IMG/VR virus record: IMGVR_UViG_3300025732_000054
Location: 1-53,862 of that record
Length of the DNA stretch: 53,862 nucleotides
Origin: a virus
Taxonomy: Duplodnaviria > Caudoviricetes
Direction: 5' to 3' (one strand)
Below, one piece after another: positions 22,152 to 30,188 of the stretch; position 1 is the stretch's first letter, and every line of letters starts with the position of its first letter. The notes under the pieces are model-generated. The model was not told the DNA's origin, did no database searches, and worked only from the letters and a program-made list of their open reading frames with translations. Position numbers and translations under genes: made by a program.

Positions 22152-22677
22152 AACCCGTAACATTATAGACCATTACCACTACTGGAAGCACGAAGCCATT
22201 CTTGCGGATCTTGACACCCGCAGGAAAAACTTCACGGTTGTGTGCTGTAATGTGGGTAATGATTTTAATATTGCCACTACCATACGAAATGCCAATGCGT
22301 TTCTTGCTCGGGAAGTATGGGTGTACGGCAAAAAGCAGTACGACCGGCGTGGCACTGTGGGCACCCACAACTACACACGGTTTCGGCACTTTCCTACATT
22401 TGATTCTCTGCGGGATGCCGTTACTGGATCTCAGGACTCACAGATCGTGTGTATAGACAATGTGGCTGGTGCCAGACCTATTGATACCATGAGGTGGGAC
22501 CGGAACACCCATTACTATCTGGTGTTTGGTCAGGAACAGGTGGGAATCCCACAGGAAGTTCTTGACTTGGCCCACGACTGTCTGTATATTAAGCAGTACG
22601 GTTCTGTGCGAAGCCTGAATGTAGGAACAGCAAGTGGAATAGTAATGTACGATTACTGTTCCAAGGTGGGAGAATAA
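22072..22677 (+). CDS. SpoU/TrmH-family (SPOUT) RNA 2'-O-methyltransferase
   Basis: NDFNIATTIRNANAF, LVFGQEQVGI, IKQYGSVRSLNVGTASGI motifs; start uncertain. Confidence 0.9.
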   Translation: MKNSSPAISQPKPDSTSTEKTSPGSVETRNIIDHYHYWKHEAILADLDTRRKNFTVVCCNVGNDFNIATTIRNANAFLAREVWVYGKKQYDRRGTVGTHNYTRFRHFPTFDSLRDAVTGSQDSQIVCIDNVAGARPIDTMRWDRNTHYYLVFGQEQVGIPQEVLDLAHDCLYIKQYGSVRSLNVGTASGIVMYDYCSKVGE

Positions 22678-22759
22678 GCCGAAGTGGATGGAATGGCAGA
22701 CACGGCGGATTCAAAATCCGCTGCCGCAAGGCGTGTGGGTTCGACTCCCACCTTCGGCA
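22678..22759 (+). tRNA. tRNA-Leu(CAA)
   Basis: GCGGA-TT-CAA-AA-TCCGC, class II arm, A73. Confidence 0.95.
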
Positions 22760-22796
22760 TTCATACATAAATTGTAAAGGATAAGGAGACACACAT

Positions 22797-23612
22797 ATGG
22801 GATACGACCCTTTTCACGCAATGCTTGGTGGCGGCTTTCTGAAGAAGCGTTTGGAAGAAAAGAATCTGGTTCCAGAACCGCTTGTAGAGGCTAAACTGTC
22901 TCGTATCTTTCAGTATGTGGAAGATCCCAAGAAAACCTTTGGGATCGTATCTGCTTCCCGCTCAGAACTCCCTGATGCTGAAAACAACCAGCGGTATACG
23001 GAACTGAAGAAAAAGGTCCGTGAAATGGGTCTGGGTTTCATCGAGATGAAGGGAGGTTGGACCGAAGGTGGGATTACCTCGGAAGAGTCCAGCCTTTTCA
23101 TTCCAAAGATTTCACGGGAACAGATACTGGCTCTCGGCAAGCACTACGGACAGTACTCGGTAATGCACAAGGACGAGAAGGAGTTTGTCTACATCGGCAC
23201 TAATGAAAATGCGGGTGTCGGCAAGATCCTTAGCCGATTCAAGGCCAAGGAAGGGAAAGAGAATATTGATTTGACCAAGGAAAGGGTAAAGGATTACTTT
23301 TCAATGCTCCGAAAAGGTTCCCACAGAGGCAAAAAGTTTGTTTTCAATCCCAAGGCAGGACCAGACGAAAAGACAAGAGAGGCCGAAAGCAAGGTTAAGA
23401 AGCCTGGTTCTGTTTGGAAAACCGAAGGCGGTCTTTGGGGAGCAAAGAACCGTGCCGGTGAACTGGATTATTTTGAGGATCAGCACAAGGCTGAAGGGTT
23501 TGCTAAATCAATGCGTGAGGAGTTTCAGATCTTTGAAAAAGAAGAGTGGAACTTTGCGAAGGCTGCTTACATCCGCAGGGGGTTTGATCCCGCTTGGATT
23601 CGTATTGACTGA
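22797..23612 (+). CDS. late hypothetical protein, DUF3293-like domain (possible head-internal protein)
   Basis: EAKLSR...FGIVSASR...ENNQR...EESSLFI...LGKHYGQYSV pattern; ATACATA at 22763, AAGGAG SD. Confidence 0.7.
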   Translation: MGYDPFHAMLGGGFLKKRLEEKNLVPEPLVEAKLSRIFQYVEDPKKTFGIVSASRSELPDAENNQRYTELKKKVREMGLGFIEMKGGWTEGGITSEESSLFIPKISREQILALGKHYGQYSVMHKDEKEFVYIGTNENAGVGKILSRFKAKEGKENIDLTKERVKDYFSMLRKGSHRGKKFVFNPKAGPDEKTREAESKVKKPGSVWKTEGGLWGAKNRAGELDYFEDQHKAEGFAKSMREEFQIFEKEEWNFAKAAYIRRGFDPAWIRID

Positions 23613-23621
23613 GTTGAGTGA

Positions 23622-23695
23622 CGGAGAGTAGCACAACTTGGTAGTGCGCTTGCTTTGGGTGCAAGAGGTTGCAAGTTCAAATCTTGTCTCTCCGA
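23622..23695 (+). tRNA. tRNA-Pro(TGG)
   Basis: CGG start, CTTGC-TT-TGG-GT-GCAAG, A73. Confidence 0.95.
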
Positions 23696-23696
23696 T

Positions 23697-26690
23697 TTAT
23701 CGATATACCATAGAGTAATATCTAGCCGACGAGAACAAAATAGAAGGATCGGTCATTCTTCCGCTCTGTGGTAACATCATCGTAGAAGATCCTATATTGG
23801 TATTGTTATTCATCATCATGGCAGCATTAGCACCAGCACCCACAGCCTGACCCATTCTAGCAGATTCTGCTTCGCCTTTGAGTTTTTCATTAGAACTCAT
23901 TACCTTTTCCATTGCCATGGAAACGTCTTGTAAATTTTTCATTTGAGTCGCATCAAGATTTATCAATTTATCTATCGTAGCCATAGCACTTGATGAATCT
24001 GAAAAACTTGCCAATGCGGTTCCTAACCGTTCAATAGCCGAAGCAATCATATTCAGTGCGTTCGCCGCAACCATCAGATCTCCACTAACCGAGGCAAATG
24101 CCATAATTTGATCGAATACACTTTTCTTTTCTTCACCAGAAATTTTGGAAGTCGCCCAGTTTAATCCTGAAGCCACGAGCCCGCCCGCCGCTTCTCCAAC
24201 TCCTCCCACGGCCATCGCAGCACTAAACACTCCTACTGCTGCGGCGAGTGCGACTATAGCGGCAGCAGCACCGAAAAGATTACCAGCACTAGATGCCAAT
24301 CCATTCATAGTGGCCGATAGAGCCATAAGTTTTTCTGTGTCTATAAGGGATAGGCTAAACGCCAAAGGCAACATACCCAATCCAACGGCAGCAAGCCCTA
24401 AACCTGCTAAAATTAGAAGGGGAGAAAGTATCGCCATTATTGCTAGTCCAGGAGCAAGAGCAAGCAAACCCATTCCAATGCCTGTTAAGAGATTAGGATC
24501 TATACCTTTAAGTAGACTCAATCCGTATGCGAATGGTATGAACGATGCTCCTATAAGGGCGAGCAATCCCGCTCCTATTGCGATTGCCGCAGCACCAATT
24601 CCACCACTTCCAGTTGCCAATATACCTATTCCCAACGCAAGAGCAGATATTGCCACTAACGCACCAACCGCACTCCAAATTACCGCAGGATCTACGGCTG
24701 TAATAAGAGTTAGGCTTGCGGCAAATATGGCAAATGCTCCAGTAACGGCAAGCATGGTTAATGCTCCCTTTAATACATCTCCATACATTTTGCCCATTGC
24801 CACAGCCGTATATGACAGAGCAATGATAGCACCAGTCGCTAGCAAGATATTTTCCCAAGGAACTTCCATAAGTTGTTTCATGCCTAAAGCGAACGGTATT
24901 ACTGATGCTCCAACAAGTGCCATACCAAGGGCACCTTTGGCTACATCCCTGTTTCCAAACTTCTTCACTCCATCGGCAATGGCTCCCAAGAAATTTGTAA
25001 TTCCAGAGAAAGCCCCACCACCTCCGCTAGATGTTGGAGCAACAGGAGTAACTTCTTCACCTTCACCTCCACCAAGTAGTTCCATTCCCTTTTCCAAAAT
25101 CCCGGCTTCAGATTCTTCACCAGATTCTTCACCAGATTCTTCATCAGATGTGCCAATTCTTTCTTTAGTTAAAAAGTCGTAGATGTTTTTGATAATCTTT
25201 TCTAAATGAATATCATGGGTATAAAGCGATCCTGGAGTGGTCGCTTCTTTGGTTAGGGTGCTTATATCTTCCGCCGTAGTTGTGATCGAATCTGCCACAT
25301 CTGCTCTTTCTGCTTCTGTGGTAGGAACAAGTTCCTCTTTGCCCTCCAGTCTTTCTGCTTCTGTGGTAGGAACAAGTTCCTCTTTGCCCTCCAGTCTTTC
25401 TGCTTCTGTGGTAGGAACAAGTTCCTCTTTGCCCTCCAGTCTCTCTAGTCTTTCTGCTTCTGCGGTAGGAACAAGTTCCTCTTTGCCCTCCAGTCTCTCT
25501 AGTCTTTCTGCTTCTAGTTTTTTATTTGCTTCTATTCCTTCTCTGACAAGATCTTCTAGTCCAAGATCTTCTGCTTCCTGTCGCCTATACTCCTCTAACT
25601 TTTTCATATCGTCTTCATTAAGAGTAGAAAGCGCTCCACGGCCAGCGGCGGCGGTCATAATTGCTTCTGCTTTTTGTGTTTTTTCTAATCGGGCTTCTTC
25701 ACTAGACGCACCAAAAGCACCAGTTTTACTGAGTCCCAATTTGCCTGTTACTGCTCCGAAAAGATCACGACCCATTTGGGACAACATTTCGTCTGGTCCT
25801 TTTCCTTCAAAAAGGAATCCATGTAAACCACCAGTGAAAGAACGAGCAAACAGATTTTTAAGATAGCCTCCGGTTTCTGTTTTACCCTCTATCTCCTCGC
25901 TTTTTTTAATCGTTCCTCTAGAGATCTCATTTTGTTCTCGCAAGAAGCGTATTTCTGCTCCAAGTCTTACCAATCTCTTCTCTTCTTCGGAGGTGAGTTC
26001 GCCCTCTTTTTCTTTTAATTTAGCGTATCTGGATTCTAGTCTTACTAGCAATTCTTCTCTTGACTGTAGAACAAGCCTTTGTCCTTCAATCACACCCTTC
26101 ATTCTTGCCCTAGCAAAATCTTGTTCTGTTTCTGTGTTTGCTTCACGAAGAGCAGCCACAGCAGCACCCATTCTCTTAGTCATAACATCTTCAAGGGTGA
26201 ATCTTGATTGAATTTTTTCCACAATGCGTTTCTGACCGTCGAGTTCTGCATTAAGTCGTTCTTCTAATGCTTTTTTTCGTTCTTCGTTTTCTACTTTTCT
26301 AATTTTTGCTAGTTCTTCTGGGAACTTTTTTTCCATTTCTTGTAATTTTTGTTTAGCCGCCTCTAAGTCTTTTATATTCTTCGAAGATCCGAAAAAAGCA
26401 TCAAGATCTTCGTTAATTGCTTTTCTTGCTCGATATGCTAATTTTTCAGAAAGACTCATTGAAGACATTAATACTTTTTCTAATCTATCGGCATCAAGAG
26501 TATGTCCTAGATCAGCGATGGCAGAAATAGACATCTCTGCCGCTTCCATCATTTGCGTGGAATAACGACCAAATAGACCACCAAATTTAGCCATTTGCCT
26601 TTTGCGATCTTCTGGCATCTCTATGTTGAGAGCGGCAGAAGACAGTGCTTCTAGTGCTGCGGCTACTTTAGAGTCTATTGGTCTTGCCAT
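23697..26690 (-). CDS. tape measure / baseplate hub protein (gp29 position)
   Basis: Long coiled-coil N-terminus, Ala/Gly-rich hydrophobic repeats, located directly after gp26/gp51. Confidence 0.8.
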   Translation of the reverse strand: MARPIDSKVAAALEALSSAALNIEMPEDRKRQMAKFGGLFGRYSTQMMEAAEMSISAIADLGHTLDADRLEKVLMSSMSLSEKLAYRARKAINEDLDAFFGSSKNIKDLEAAKQKLQEMEKKFPEELAKIRKVENEERKKALEERLNAELDGQKRIVEKIQSRFTLEDVMTKRMGAAVAALREANTETEQDFARARMKGVIEGQRLVLQSREELLVRLESRYAKLKEKEGELTSEEEKRLVRLGAEIRFLREQNEISRGTIKKSEEIEGKTETGGYLKNLFARSFTGGLHGFLFEGKGPDEMLSQMGRDLFGAVTGKLGLSKTGAFGASSEEARLEKTQKAEAIMTAAAGRGALSTLNEDDMKKLEEYRRQEAEDLGLEDLVREGIEANKKLEAERLERLEGKEELVPTAEAERLERLEGKEELVPTTEAERLEGKEELVPTTEAERLEGKEELVPTTEAERADVADSITTTAEDISTLTKEATTPGSLYTHDIHLEKIIKNIYDFLTKERIGTSDEESGEESGEESEAGILEKGMELLGGGEGEEVTPVAPTSSGGGGAFSGITNFLGAIADGVKKFGNRDVAKGALGMALVGASVIPFALGMKQLMEVPWENILLATGAIIALSYTAVAMGKMYGDVLKGALTMLAVTGAFAIFAASLTLITAVDPAVIWSAVGALVAISALALGIGILATGSGGIGAAAIAIGAGLLALIGASFIPFAYGLSLLKGIDPNLLTGIGMGLLALAPGLAIMAILSPLLILAGLGLAAVGLGMLPLAFSLSLIDTEKLMALSATMNGLASSAGNLFGAAAAIVALAAAVGVFSAAMAVGGVGEAAGGLVASGLNWATSKISGEEKKSVFDQIMAFASVSGDLMVAANALNMIASAIERLGTALASFSDSSSAMATIDKLINLDATQMKNLQDVSMAMEKVMSSNEKLKGEAESARMGQAVGAGANAAMMMNNNTNIGSSTMMLPQSGRMTDPSILFSSARYYSMVYR
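25305..25514 (-). repeat. 45/54-nt tandem repeat encoding (EAERL[ERL]EGKEELVPTT)x4
   Basis: Near-identical units starting at 25305, 25350, 25395, 25449. Confidence 0.95.
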
Positions 26691-26694
26691 TTTA

Positions 26695-26862
26695 CTATCT
26701 CTTTCTGCTTCTAGACGAAGCCGCCTTCATTTTGGCGTTTTCTGCTTCTATCCGTTTGTTTTCTTCCTCCACATAATTTCTAAGAAGGGTCACGTATATG
26801 TCTCTCTCCCAAGGTATCATATTTTCAATTTCAGTTAAACTGTATTTATGATGCTGCATCAT
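26695..26862 (-). CDS. gp51: gp51-like baseplate hub assembly protein (55 aa from first ATG; probably reached by frameshift)
   Basis: MMQHHKYSLTEIENMIPWERDIYVTLL is the cyanomyovirus gp51 signature; below ORF-track cutoff. Confidence 0.85.
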   Translation of the reverse strand: MMQHHKYSLTEIENMIPWERDIYVTLLRNYVEEENKRIEAENAKMKAASSRSRKR

Positions 26863-26888
26863 CTGAAAGTTCAGATTATAATAATTAG

Positions 26889-27632
26889 TCAGGCTATTGT
26901 GGGAGAGACAGAACCGAAAAAATCTTGAATGCCCCGCAGAACGATGTCTTGCTCATAGGAGCATTTTGGGCACTTGAAATGAACTCTCTTTTCCACACGG
27001 GGAATATTTGTTATGAATTCCACCATTTTGGTAAATGGTTCACTGGTGATGCTTTCCATAAATTCATTTATTTCTTTTGCGGAGTAGGTTTTCGGGTCGT
27101 AGGTTTTTTCTCCATCAAAGATCATGTCGATACACTTTGCCAAGATAGAAAACACTGTTTCTGTATCTGTTTTTTTATTTCCTAGTGCCGCAGTAGCCGC
27201 TTCTGCTATTTGAATTGTTGGATACACCATAGTTAAACCAAGAGTATCGGTTATCATTATTTTATAAGGGCTGCTATAGTTTGTGTTCATGTTTACTTGT
27301 ATTCCGGAAAGATCTATTTTTATCTTTCCGGAAAGAGAACAACCTGGGCATACAACTACTGGTTCTAGCACCTCTCCCACAGACTTCCCCCGTATCTGTA
27401 TGAAAATGTGTTCCACATCAAATACAGGCATTGAATCTACAGAGATATCATCGTCTATGCAATTTGATAGTATCTGTTTGATTGCCTTGTTTTGTGCTTT
27501 TGTGTCTCCCGTTTCCATAGCGAGAAGGAGTATCTTTTCTTCCTTCACCAAGAATGGACGGAAAGTTACTTTTTTGCCCGTGGAGGGCAGGGTTGTTTCA
27601 TATTTTGGTACACTAATTGTTGGTAACGCCAT
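26889..27632 (-). CDS. gp26: baseplate hub subunit/assembly chaperone (gp26-like, T4_baseplate family)
   Basis: MALPTISVPKYETTLPSTGKKVTFRPFLVKEEKILL...IRGKSVGE...CPKC...GIQDFF. Confidence 0.9.
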   Translation of the reverse strand: MALPTISVPKYETTLPSTGKKVTFRPFLVKEEKILLLAMETGDTKAQNKAIKQILSNCIDDDISVDSMPVFDVEHIFIQIRGKSVGEVLEPVVVCPGCSLSGKIKIDLSGIQVNMNTNYSSPYKIMITDTLGLTMVYPTIQIAEAATAALGNKKTDTETVFSILAKCIDMIFDGEKTYDPKTYSAKEINEFMESITSEPFTKMVEFITNIPRVEKRVHFKCPKCSYEQDIVLRGIQDFFGSVSPTIA

Positions 27633-27672
27633 TATATTCTCCTTATTTTAATGATTTCATGGCACATTAATT

Positions 27673-28239
27673 TTATTGTTCTTGACCGACATCGTGACGC
27701 ATGGTATTTAGCAGATAGCAAGAAAAGGTTGCTGTGGCCTTTAGGTATTCTCCACCCTCGGAAGAGAACGAAATGCTCTGAAGTGAAGTTGGATATAGAC
27801 CTTGAATGGTAACAAGTTCTTGCCCTGCTCTGTTTGATATTCGACAGGAGTTGTCGATACAATACTCTTTAAAATAACCACTAGTATAGTAGACTTCTCC
27901 GCCGCCCAACACCCCTATCGCTTTTACGGCTTTCATCCACGCCTCTATGCTATACAGCACTCCAAAATCTCCAGTCAAACGCCAAGACATTTCCATGTCT
28001 CCCACGGTAATGTCTGTTCCTAATTTGGCTGTAAGAGAGTTTGCTATTCTGGAGTCTGAAGTTTGTATGGTTCGTTCAGGAATGTTTACTGTTTCAATGT
28101 AATCGTTGTAGTTGTTCAAGTCTCCCACATGGAGGCCGGTCCAAGTAACACTGAAATCAGAGTTAAGAACATAGTCCTTCTCTGCGGTTCTCAATTTAGA
28201 GAGTATGTTTACTAGGGGTGTGCTGGATATGCTCGACAT
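27673..28239 (-). CDS. tail tube initiator-like protein (gp54/gp19 fold)
   Basis: ETVNIPERTI...LYPTSLQSISFS...ATF pattern and synteny between gp2 and gp26. Confidence 0.65.
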   Translation of the reverse strand: MSSISSTPLVNILSKLRTAEKDYVLNSDFSVTWTGLHVGDLNNYNDYIETVNIPERTIQTSDSRIANSLTAKLGTDITVGDMEMSWRLTGDFGVLYSIEAWMKAVKAIGVLGGGEVYYTSGYFKEYCIDNSCRISNRAGQELVTIQGLYPTSLQSISFSSEGGEYLKATATFSCYLLNTMRHDVGQEQ

Positions 28240-28250
28240 CTTAATTTCCT

Positions 28251-28955
28251 TTACAGTCTGCCCATGAGTTCACGAATCTTCATTTTGGTTTCTATCCAAA
28301 CCTTTTCCTTGTTTGCTTTTCCTCCACCGGCAACATGGAAATCAGTGAAAGGAAGAGATACCGCATTTGCCCATTCATTGGATGGTATGATTACCACCCT
28401 TCCTATTATTCTACTTATATCATAAGCCCGCAAACAACTCAGTCCAGCCACATATTTCATTGTTTTCAGGTCTTCGTATGTTATCCGAAACATCCCCTGT
28501 CCTTTGGCTGGAACTTTGAGTCCCTTTGCTCCATTTGCCAAGCCTAGCATTCTGTCTACTATTTCTGCCCGTATATCTGGCGGCAGGAAGTGAAGGTTTA
28601 TCCCTAGCAACAGGTTTTCGTGAAAGCCCAAAGAAATCACAATGGGTGTTGCGTCCCAGTATTTCAGCGTTTCATACCCTTTAGGAAGATAAGAAAAGAC
28701 GAACATTCTCCCTTCCATCATCAAATACTTTTTTGAAGACTGCCGTTGTCTAGAGTTAAGGATGCTTTTCTTGATCTGATTGTTTGGGGGCAGAACAATA
28801 CCACCCTCTTCAATCTTGTTTAAAAACCAACTTGCGGCCCCAGGATCTGAGCCAGACAGTTTTGCCTGCTCCATCAGGGCTTGTCCCATCCCCTTAAGGA
28901 TGTTTCGACTTGTCCGAAGGTCAACTACTTGTGGTTTTTTTTGATCTCTAGGCAT
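28251..28955 (-). CDS. gp2: DNA end protector protein (T4 gp2-like)
   Basis: GRMFVFSYLPK...LKYWDATP...GINLHFLPP..R...IPSNEW...LP. Confidence 0.9.
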   Translation of the reverse strand: MPRDQKKPQVVDLRTSRNILKGMGQALMEQAKLSGSDPGAASWFLNKIEEGGIVLPPNNQIKKSILNSRQRQSSKKYLMMEGRMFVFSYLPKGYETLKYWDATPIVISLGFHENLLLGINLHFLPPDIRAEIVDRMLGLANGAKGLKVPAKGQGMFRITYEDLKTMKYVAGLSCLRAYDISRIIGRVVIIPSNEWANAVSLPFTDFHVAGGGKANKEKVWIETKMKIRELMGRL

Positions 28956-28959
28956 TTTA

Positions 28960-29403
28960 TTAGAATATGTCGTCTTCGGTCAGAACGACAAACTCCCATC
29001 CCCTTTCTTCTGCGAACCGTTTAGCCGCTTCCCACTTCTGTTGATTCACCATCCAGGTCTTGGCTTCGTATATGTAGTTTGATTTTTGCTTTTTCGTGGG
29101 TTTCTCTGGCTGTTTGGGTTCTTTACACTGCTTTTTGGGTTTGATCTCCACAAGGGACACCTTGCGTCCGCCGTCTTTCCCCGTACTCTCGATTACAAAG
29201 TCTACCAGGTATTGGTGAACACGGTCGTCCAGTGGAGATAGATACGGTATCTTTATTACTTCTGATCCCCATTTAGTTATGCTAGTATTGGTGTCGCAAT
29301 ACACCATGAATCGGCGCTCCCACAGGGACCGATACTGTATGTTTCCGATGTTTCCCACATACTTGTTGGGGTTTTGTGGTTGATACTTACCTTTGTACGA
29401 CAT
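28960..29403 (-). CDS. gp4: head completion nuclease (T4 gp4-like, TnsA fold)
   Basis: YKGKYQPQNPNKYVG...YRSLWERRFM..CD...WGSE...PYLSP.D...HQY.VDF...EIKP...NQQKWEAA. Confidence 0.95.
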   Translation of the reverse strand: MSYKGKYQPQNPNKYVGNIGNIQYRSLWERRFMVYCDTNTSITKWGSEVIKIPYLSPLDDRVHQYLVDFVIESTGKDGGRKVSLVEIKPKKQCKEPKQPEKPTKKQKSNYIYEAKTWMVNQQKWEAAKRFAEERGWEFVVLTEDDIF

Positions 29404-29429
29404 AAATAGTTCTGAAACGAGAGGAGAAC

Positions 29430-30176
29430 ATGGCATCCCTTACCTATCCTAATTCCATAAACAGCGCAAGAGGAGTCCCGTATGTGATATTCACTTTCTT
29501 GGATGGGCCTCTTACTGGACCAGTCAGTGCTTCAACAAATGGAGACAGTATTACCTTATTTATGCCTCCAGCATTTCAAATACAAGACTCCCATGACTAC
29601 GAGTTTAAAAAGGGTGGAGCGGCTACTCAAGTGTTTCAAGGTATTCTTAATTTAGGAATGGGGAATGGTGGGGTTGGAGGCAACGCTCTTGGCGGTATAG
29701 TAGACGCCGCCTACGGATTTTTCCAAAGAGGATTTAAGGGAAATTTGGAAGGGGCAGACGCATTTGGTGCTGCTGAAGCAGGTGCTGCGGTTCGAGATCC
29801 CAAGTTTTTCAACTATAAAGAACCAAAGCCCCGTGAGTTTACATTCAACTACAAGTTTGAACCAAAAAATCTTGGCGATGCCCAAGCAATGATAGCGATA
29901 ATTCAAAAGTTCCGATTTGCCTCTTATCCTTCGTTGCTTGGAACAAAAATTTACGGCGTTCCTTCTTCTGTGTCTATGTCTTTTCATAATTTTAATTCCA
30001 CTATGGAAAAAAATGAAAATATGGTTATTAAGCAAGTCAATACAACACTCTCGGAAGGAGAGCAAGTTATGACTTTTAGCACAGGAATACCCACACAAAT
30101 AGGGCTTCAATTAGAACTAGCAGAAACCAAACTCATCACCAAAAGTGGCGATGAACTCGTTGGTTCTCCGACCTAA
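29430..30176 (+). CDS. gp48: baseplate tail tube cap (gp48-like)
   Basis: YP...ITLFMP...PREFTFNYKFEPKN..DA..M..IIQKFR...L.L.E; ATAAATA promoter at 29402. Confidence 0.8.
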   Translation: MASLTYPNSINSARGVPYVIFTFLDGPLTGPVSASTNGDSITLFMPPAFQIQDSHDYEFKKGGAATQVFQGILNLGMGNGGVGGNALGGIVDAAYGFFQRGFKGNLEGADAFGAAEAGAAVRDPKFFNYKEPKPREFTFNYKFEPKNLGDAQAMIAIIQKFRFASYPSLLGTKIYGVPSSVSMSFHNFNSTMEKNENMVIKQVNTTLSEGEQVMTFSTGIPTQIGLQLELAETKLITKSGDELVGSPT

Positions 30177-30188
30177 TCAGGAAATTCA

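Noticed and set aside
25305-25514. CRISPR-like array
   Set aside because: Units are contiguous in-frame coding repeats with no unique spacers, and no cas genes are present
24145-25866. Plus-strand ORFs 24145..25182 and 25237..25866
   Set aside because: Antisense to the tape-measure-like gene; low-complexity mirror translations
28960-29403. Tn7 TnsA transposase / mobile element
   Set aside because: Sequence and synteny (next to gp2 and gp48) identify it as T4 gp4 head completion protein
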